A stretch of 64,000 bases of DNA from Scenedesmus sp. PABB004 (lineage: Eukaryota), in the NCBI GenBank assembly GCA_014905635.1, contig JABVCE010000016.1, forward strand, positions 372,001 through 436,000. The letters run 5' to 3'. The position numbers and the translations under genes are program-made. The notes under the pieces were generated by a model. The model searched no databases and was not told the DNA's origin. It worked only from the letters and a program-made list of their open reading frames with translations. Numbering within the stretch: position 1 is the first letter of the stretch; every line of letters begins with the position of its first letter. Positions 59,501-64,000 of this stretch are shown in pieces.

Positions 59501-62500
59501 CCTGGGCGGCAAACACGAACGAGTCGGCTGTCGAGCGCTTGCTGCTGCCCGCGCTGCTGCTCCCGCTGCTGGCAAGCGCCGCCGGCGCCGCGGGCGGCTG
59601 CTCCGGCACCGGCGCGCCAGCGCCGCAGCCGCCCCCGGCCCCCGGCCCGGCCGAGCCCCACACCGCCCCGATGCCCGTGCCACGCTCCGCGCTGGGCGCG
59701 GCCGCCAACTCCTGCTTTGCGTGCTTGCCGCTGCCGCCGCCGGCTGTCGCCAGGAGCGCGCCGAGGTCACCAAAGCTGGCCGCCGCCAGCTCGGCGTGGC
59801 GGGCGGGCTGCTCGCCCTCTGGCAGCGAGCTCGCCCGCTGCAGCGCCGCCAGCGCCGGCGGCGGCGCCTGGTCCGCGAGCAGCGCGGTGAAGCAGCCGTG
59901 CTGCGCCTGCTGCTGCGCCTGCCGCTCGCCCACGCCAGCGCCGGGGGAGATGAAGCCGCACCGCTCCTGGGCCGCGCCGAGCCGCGCCGGGCCACCGCTG
60001 CTGGCCGTGCCAAGGCTGCCGCTCGGCGTGCTGCTGAGCCGGCGGCCGGCCAGGAACGCCGCCGCGAGCGCGGCGCTGCCGCCGCCGCCCGCCCCGCCGC
60101 TGCTGGCGCCCCCGCTGCTGCTGCTGCTGCTGCTCGACCGGCGCCACGCGCCGCGCGCGGCGGGCTGGCCCGCCGTCGCCGCCTGCTGCATGTGCAGCAG
60201 CAGGCCGCGCGGGGTCCGAAAGGGGCCGAGCCCAGGCGGGCAGTCCAGCGCAGCGCCGCTGCCGTCGCCGCGGCCCAGCTGCGCCGCCGAGCCAGGTGCG
60301 GGCTGTGGCTGCTGGTGGCTCACCAGCTGGTGCGGCGCCAGGTGCCGCTCGCGCGCCTCCTCCGCCAGCATCTCGCCTCGCACCGGGCTGCCCGCGCCGC
60401 GCAGCACCGCCGCCGCGGCCGCAGCCGCCGCGGGGCTCACGCCGCCGGCGTCGCACTGCGCTGCACGCCGCGCGGGCTCGCCGCCGGCCGGCGCGGGCCG
60501 GCCAGGGCCAGGGCTGGCAGGCTGGCGCTGTGCCCGCGCAGGTGCTGCGACATGAGCTCCACCAGCGACTGCGCCTGCCGCAGCCGCAGCGCCGCGGGGT
60601 CGTTCAGGCTGCTGCGCCTGCGGCGGCGGCGTGGCAGTGCACGTCTCAGCAGGGCCGAGGCGGCGGCGGGGGCGCGGCGCCGCGCGCGCGGCCCAGCCGG
60701 CCCGGCCCCCGGCCCTGGCGCTCAGGCCCACCTCGACGACCGCAGCAGGCCGGCGCGGCCGCTGCTGCCGCTGCGCTTCAGCGAGCGGGCCGCGCCGTCG
60801 GCGCCGGGCTCCAGCCCCAGCTGCATGTTGAGCGCAGCGATGACCAGCGAGTGCTGCGACGGCCCGCCCAGCTGCGCCGCCGCGTCGGCGCCCGGCTCGT
60901 CCCACGCGGCGCCGCCGCCGCCGTCGGCGGGGTACTGGCCGACGCCGATCGCGCCGCCGCCGCCGGCGCCGCCGCCGCCGTGCCCGGGCGGCGCGCCGCC
61001 CGTGAGCAGTGTGAGGAGCAGCGTGAGCCCGCTCTCCCACTGGTCAAAGGTGCGGGGGTCGTCAAACGCGAGGCTGAGGTCGGGGTCGAGCAGCGTGTGC
61101 AGCGTGATGGTCAGCCGGTCCGCGTCGGCGGTCAGCGAGTCGACGTAGTAGAGCAGCACGTACTTGTTCCAGCTCCAACGCAGCGTCGTGAGGTCGACCG
61201 AGAGCTGGAAGTACCGCCACCGCCGCGCGCCGCCGCGGCGCAGGCAGCGCAGCGCGGCCGCCGCCGCGGCCGCGCGCCAGCCGTCGCCCGCGGCGGCGGA
61301 CGCGAGGCTCGCGGCCGCGCTCGGCGCGCGGCGGATCGAGGCCTGGCGGCTGTGCGGCGCGCTGCCGGGCCCGCCCGGCGCCGCGACGCCGCCGCCAAAG
61401 GAGCTGCCGCTCGGCACCGGCGGCGTGAGCACATAGCTGGGCTTGAGCTGCGTCATTTGGTTGGCGGGCGGCGCGCGGCGTGAGCGGGCGCACCGCGCCG
61501 GCGGGCGCCCAGGCCCTGGCGGCGCCGCGGCGCCCCCGGGGCGAGCGCACCCACCAGCCAGGCGCCGCGCAGCAGGGGCTGCAGCTGCTCCGGCACATGC
61601 TCCCCGTGCCCGGCCTCGGGCGGGGCGCCGCCGGCGTCGTCCAAGCAGTCCGCCAGCATCTCACCGAGGTGAGGCGACCTGCGGCGGACGCACGCAGCCC
61701 GGTCGCCCGCCGACGCCGCGCCCGCCCGCACGCACGGCGCGGCGCGGCGCGCCGGGACGCGGCGCTCATACGGATGGCTGGCCCGCGGCGCGCGCGCGCA
61801 CACCTGAACTGCCGCATCACCGCGCGCATGCTCGCCCACGTCGCGACCGCGAGCGCGAGCCAGGCCGCCACGGGCAGCCCCAGCAGCACAAGGCGCGTGG
61901 CGAGGCCCTCGGGCCAGTAGTGCTGCGGCGCAAACAGCCAGAAGACGGGAAAACCCTGCAACCCGCAGCGCGGCGCGGCGGCGTGAGTGCTCGCTCGCGC
62001 ACCGCACCCCGCCGCCGCACCAGCGCGGCCGGCAGACGGGCTGGCAGCCGGCGCGCGCCGGCCGCGCCCACCGGCGGCCGCGCACCGGCAGCACCAGCAG
62101 CAGCGACATCGCGCCCGTGGCGGCCTGCTCCAGGCCCTTGCTGTTGCGCGCCACGGCGCAGTGGACCAGCGCCAGCCACGCGGCGGGCAGGCCCCACAGC
62201 CCCGCGGCCGCGAGGAGGCCGGTGACCGCGGGGCTGCTGCCCAGCGCCGCCAGGCCGGGCCCGCCCGCCGCGTCCGCCGCGCCCGGCGCCGCACGGCGCA
62301 GCGGCACGCCTGGCTGCTCCACGCGCGCGGCCGCGCCCGCCGCGAGAAGCTGGCGCGTCGCCAGCGCCAGGACGAGGCAGTTGGCCGCGTTCACGAGCAC
62401 CACGTGGCAGCCCACGCGCAGGTGGGTCTTGAACCTGCGCGCGTGTGGGCACGAGGCACGGCGCGAGGCGGCCGCTCTCAGCGCGCTGGTGGCGCTGCTC

Positions 62501-63388
62501 CCGCCGGCGACCCGCCCACCCGCCGCTGGCGCGGTTGTCGCGCGGTTGTCGCGCCGCTGCCGCGCCGCTGCCCCGCGCCGCGCGCCTGTTGATGAGGAAA
62601 TAGAGGTGCTGCTTCTCCTCCGCGTGCTTGCGCCGGTAGTCGCACCCCAGGCGCGAGTGCACGCGCCAGCCAAACTGCGCGTGCGTGCGCCACGCGAGCC
62701 ACGCGTGCGCGGCGCCGGCGAGCGCAAAGCCCGCGACGAGGCCGCCGCGCCACGCGGGCGGCCGCGCGTCGATGACCGCCTGTGCGTGTGTGTGTGGGGC
62801 GTTGCACGCGCGGGTGAGGCCAGGGCACGCCGCCAACGCGCTGCCGTCGCACCGCCAGCACCCGGCGCGCGCGCGCACCACGAAGATCAGCCAGAGCGCG
62901 GCCGAGCCGAGCGCGAGCAGCGTGGACACGCGCAGCTGGTAGTCGTTCTCCTCGCGTATGGCGTCGAGCGTGAGGTATGCGAGCGTGAGCTGCGCGACCA
63001 CGGTGGTGACCAACACCTGGCGCTGCTCAGCGCTGCAGAGCCGCCAGGGCGGCCCGGCGCCGCCGCCGCAGTCCGCCTGGGCGTGGGAGTGGGGGGAGGG
63101 GACAAGGGCCGGGCGGTCGGCGCGCGTGCGGGTGCGGCGCTGCCGGCGGCGGCCGTCGCCGACGGTGCAGCAGCAGCGGCGGCGTACTGCCGCGCGCACC
63201 TCGTCGCCGGGTCGCAGCGCCGCGCAGAGCAGGCCCCCCCAGGTGCCAGCAGACGCCAGCACCAGCGTCACCAGCAGCTTGGAGGCAAGCGGCAGGCTTT
63301 GCCACAGCGAGGATGGAGCTGTTTTGCTGGTCGATGCGGCGAACGCGGCGTAGGGAGCGCCATTGCGCAGTTTCGTGCCCTTGGCCAT
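56518..63388 (-). CDS. multi-pass (about 8 TM) membrane protein + PH domain + Raf-like (TKL) kinase
   Basis: TM exons at 63388-61803. PH-like LQPLLRGAWL|LKPSY...WRYFQLSVDLTTLRWSW...LSLAFDDPRTFDQWESGLTLL. Kinase IGRGAEGSVY, VAIK, HRDVKPANI, KVGDLG, GTIAYCAPE, ADVYSLGVMLWE, DPDGRPSM. Two frame discontinuities lie in the linker (about 60445 and 58560). Confidence 0.75.
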
Positions 63389-64000
63389 GGCTGCTCACTC
63401 GAGGGCAGCACGCCGGACCTCGCCGCGCCTCAGGGCGCTGCCGCGGGCTCCCGCGCGCTCGCAGTCGGGGACATCGCGCACGGGCCGGCGCGCAGGGCGC
63501 GGGCGCGCTGGTGGGTTGAAGTCAGTGCGATGATGGACCGGCCGGCGGAGGGGCTGGCGGCGGGCAGGGGTTTGTCGGCGGGGCGCGGCCCCAGGCGCCG
63601 GACGCCGCCGCTGGCTCGGAGGGTGCGGCGCGGCGCCCGGCGCACCGGGTGGCGACCGCTGTCGCGTCTCGTGCTCGTACCCATCAGCCTCTCTCGCGCG
63701 CAGCGCGGCAGGGAGCTCACGGCAGCTGCGCCGGGCGCGGGGCGGCGGCGGGGAAGTGGGCGGTCACGTCTCGCCGCCGCCGCCGCGAGTGAGGCCTCGC
63801 GCCCCTCGCCCGCCAGCCACTCCCGGTCCGCTTTCGGGCGGCCGACAACCACGACCTGCGCAGCTCCAGGCGACGCGCAGCAGCACCGCGACCACCAGAC
63901 CACAGCCACGCTGGTGCTACAGCTGCTGGCGCCGGGCGTGCGAGACCCAGCCGATGGAATGAACTCCTCCTCTCTCGGAGGCCAGCGCCGGGCGCTGGCG

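Overview
Gene-dense, intron-rich and extremely GC-rich eukaryotic DNA, most likely from a chlorophyte green alga. This is inferred from nucleus-encoded plastid ribosomal proteins with transit peptides, TGTAA poly(A) signals, and short introns with GTGCGC/GTGAGC donors, GCTCAC/GCTGAC branch motifs and CAG acceptors. The raw ORF track is mostly GC-driven noise, so gene models were rebuilt by hand through splice sites. About 22 genes are present: an NTF2/SnoaL-like partial gene, a small mitochondrial-type protein, a C2-domain protein, a SAM carrier, GET1, an ankyrin-RING (XBAT3-like) E3 ligase, plastid L15 head-to-head with cytosolic eL6, TMEM256, a truncated proteinase-K-like subtilase, two tandem single-pass receptor-like kinases, a Gfo/Idh/MocA oxidoreductase, a polyamine transporter, eS28, BRO1/ALIX, TMEM18, a PA-domain subtilase, a multi-TM PY-tail protein, plastid L11, a small TM peptide, and a large 8TM + PH + Raf-like kinase gene. 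The most notable items are: (1) the 8TM-PH-kinase receptor-like architecture, which has two unresolved frame breaks in its linker; (2) the non-RD kinase pair, with divergent repeat-built ectodomains but a near-identical kinase exon; (3) about 10% GC-AG introns plus one possible GG-AG intron; and (4) a structured, telomere-motif-rich element inside an intron. All family calls come from motif recognition; no searches were run.
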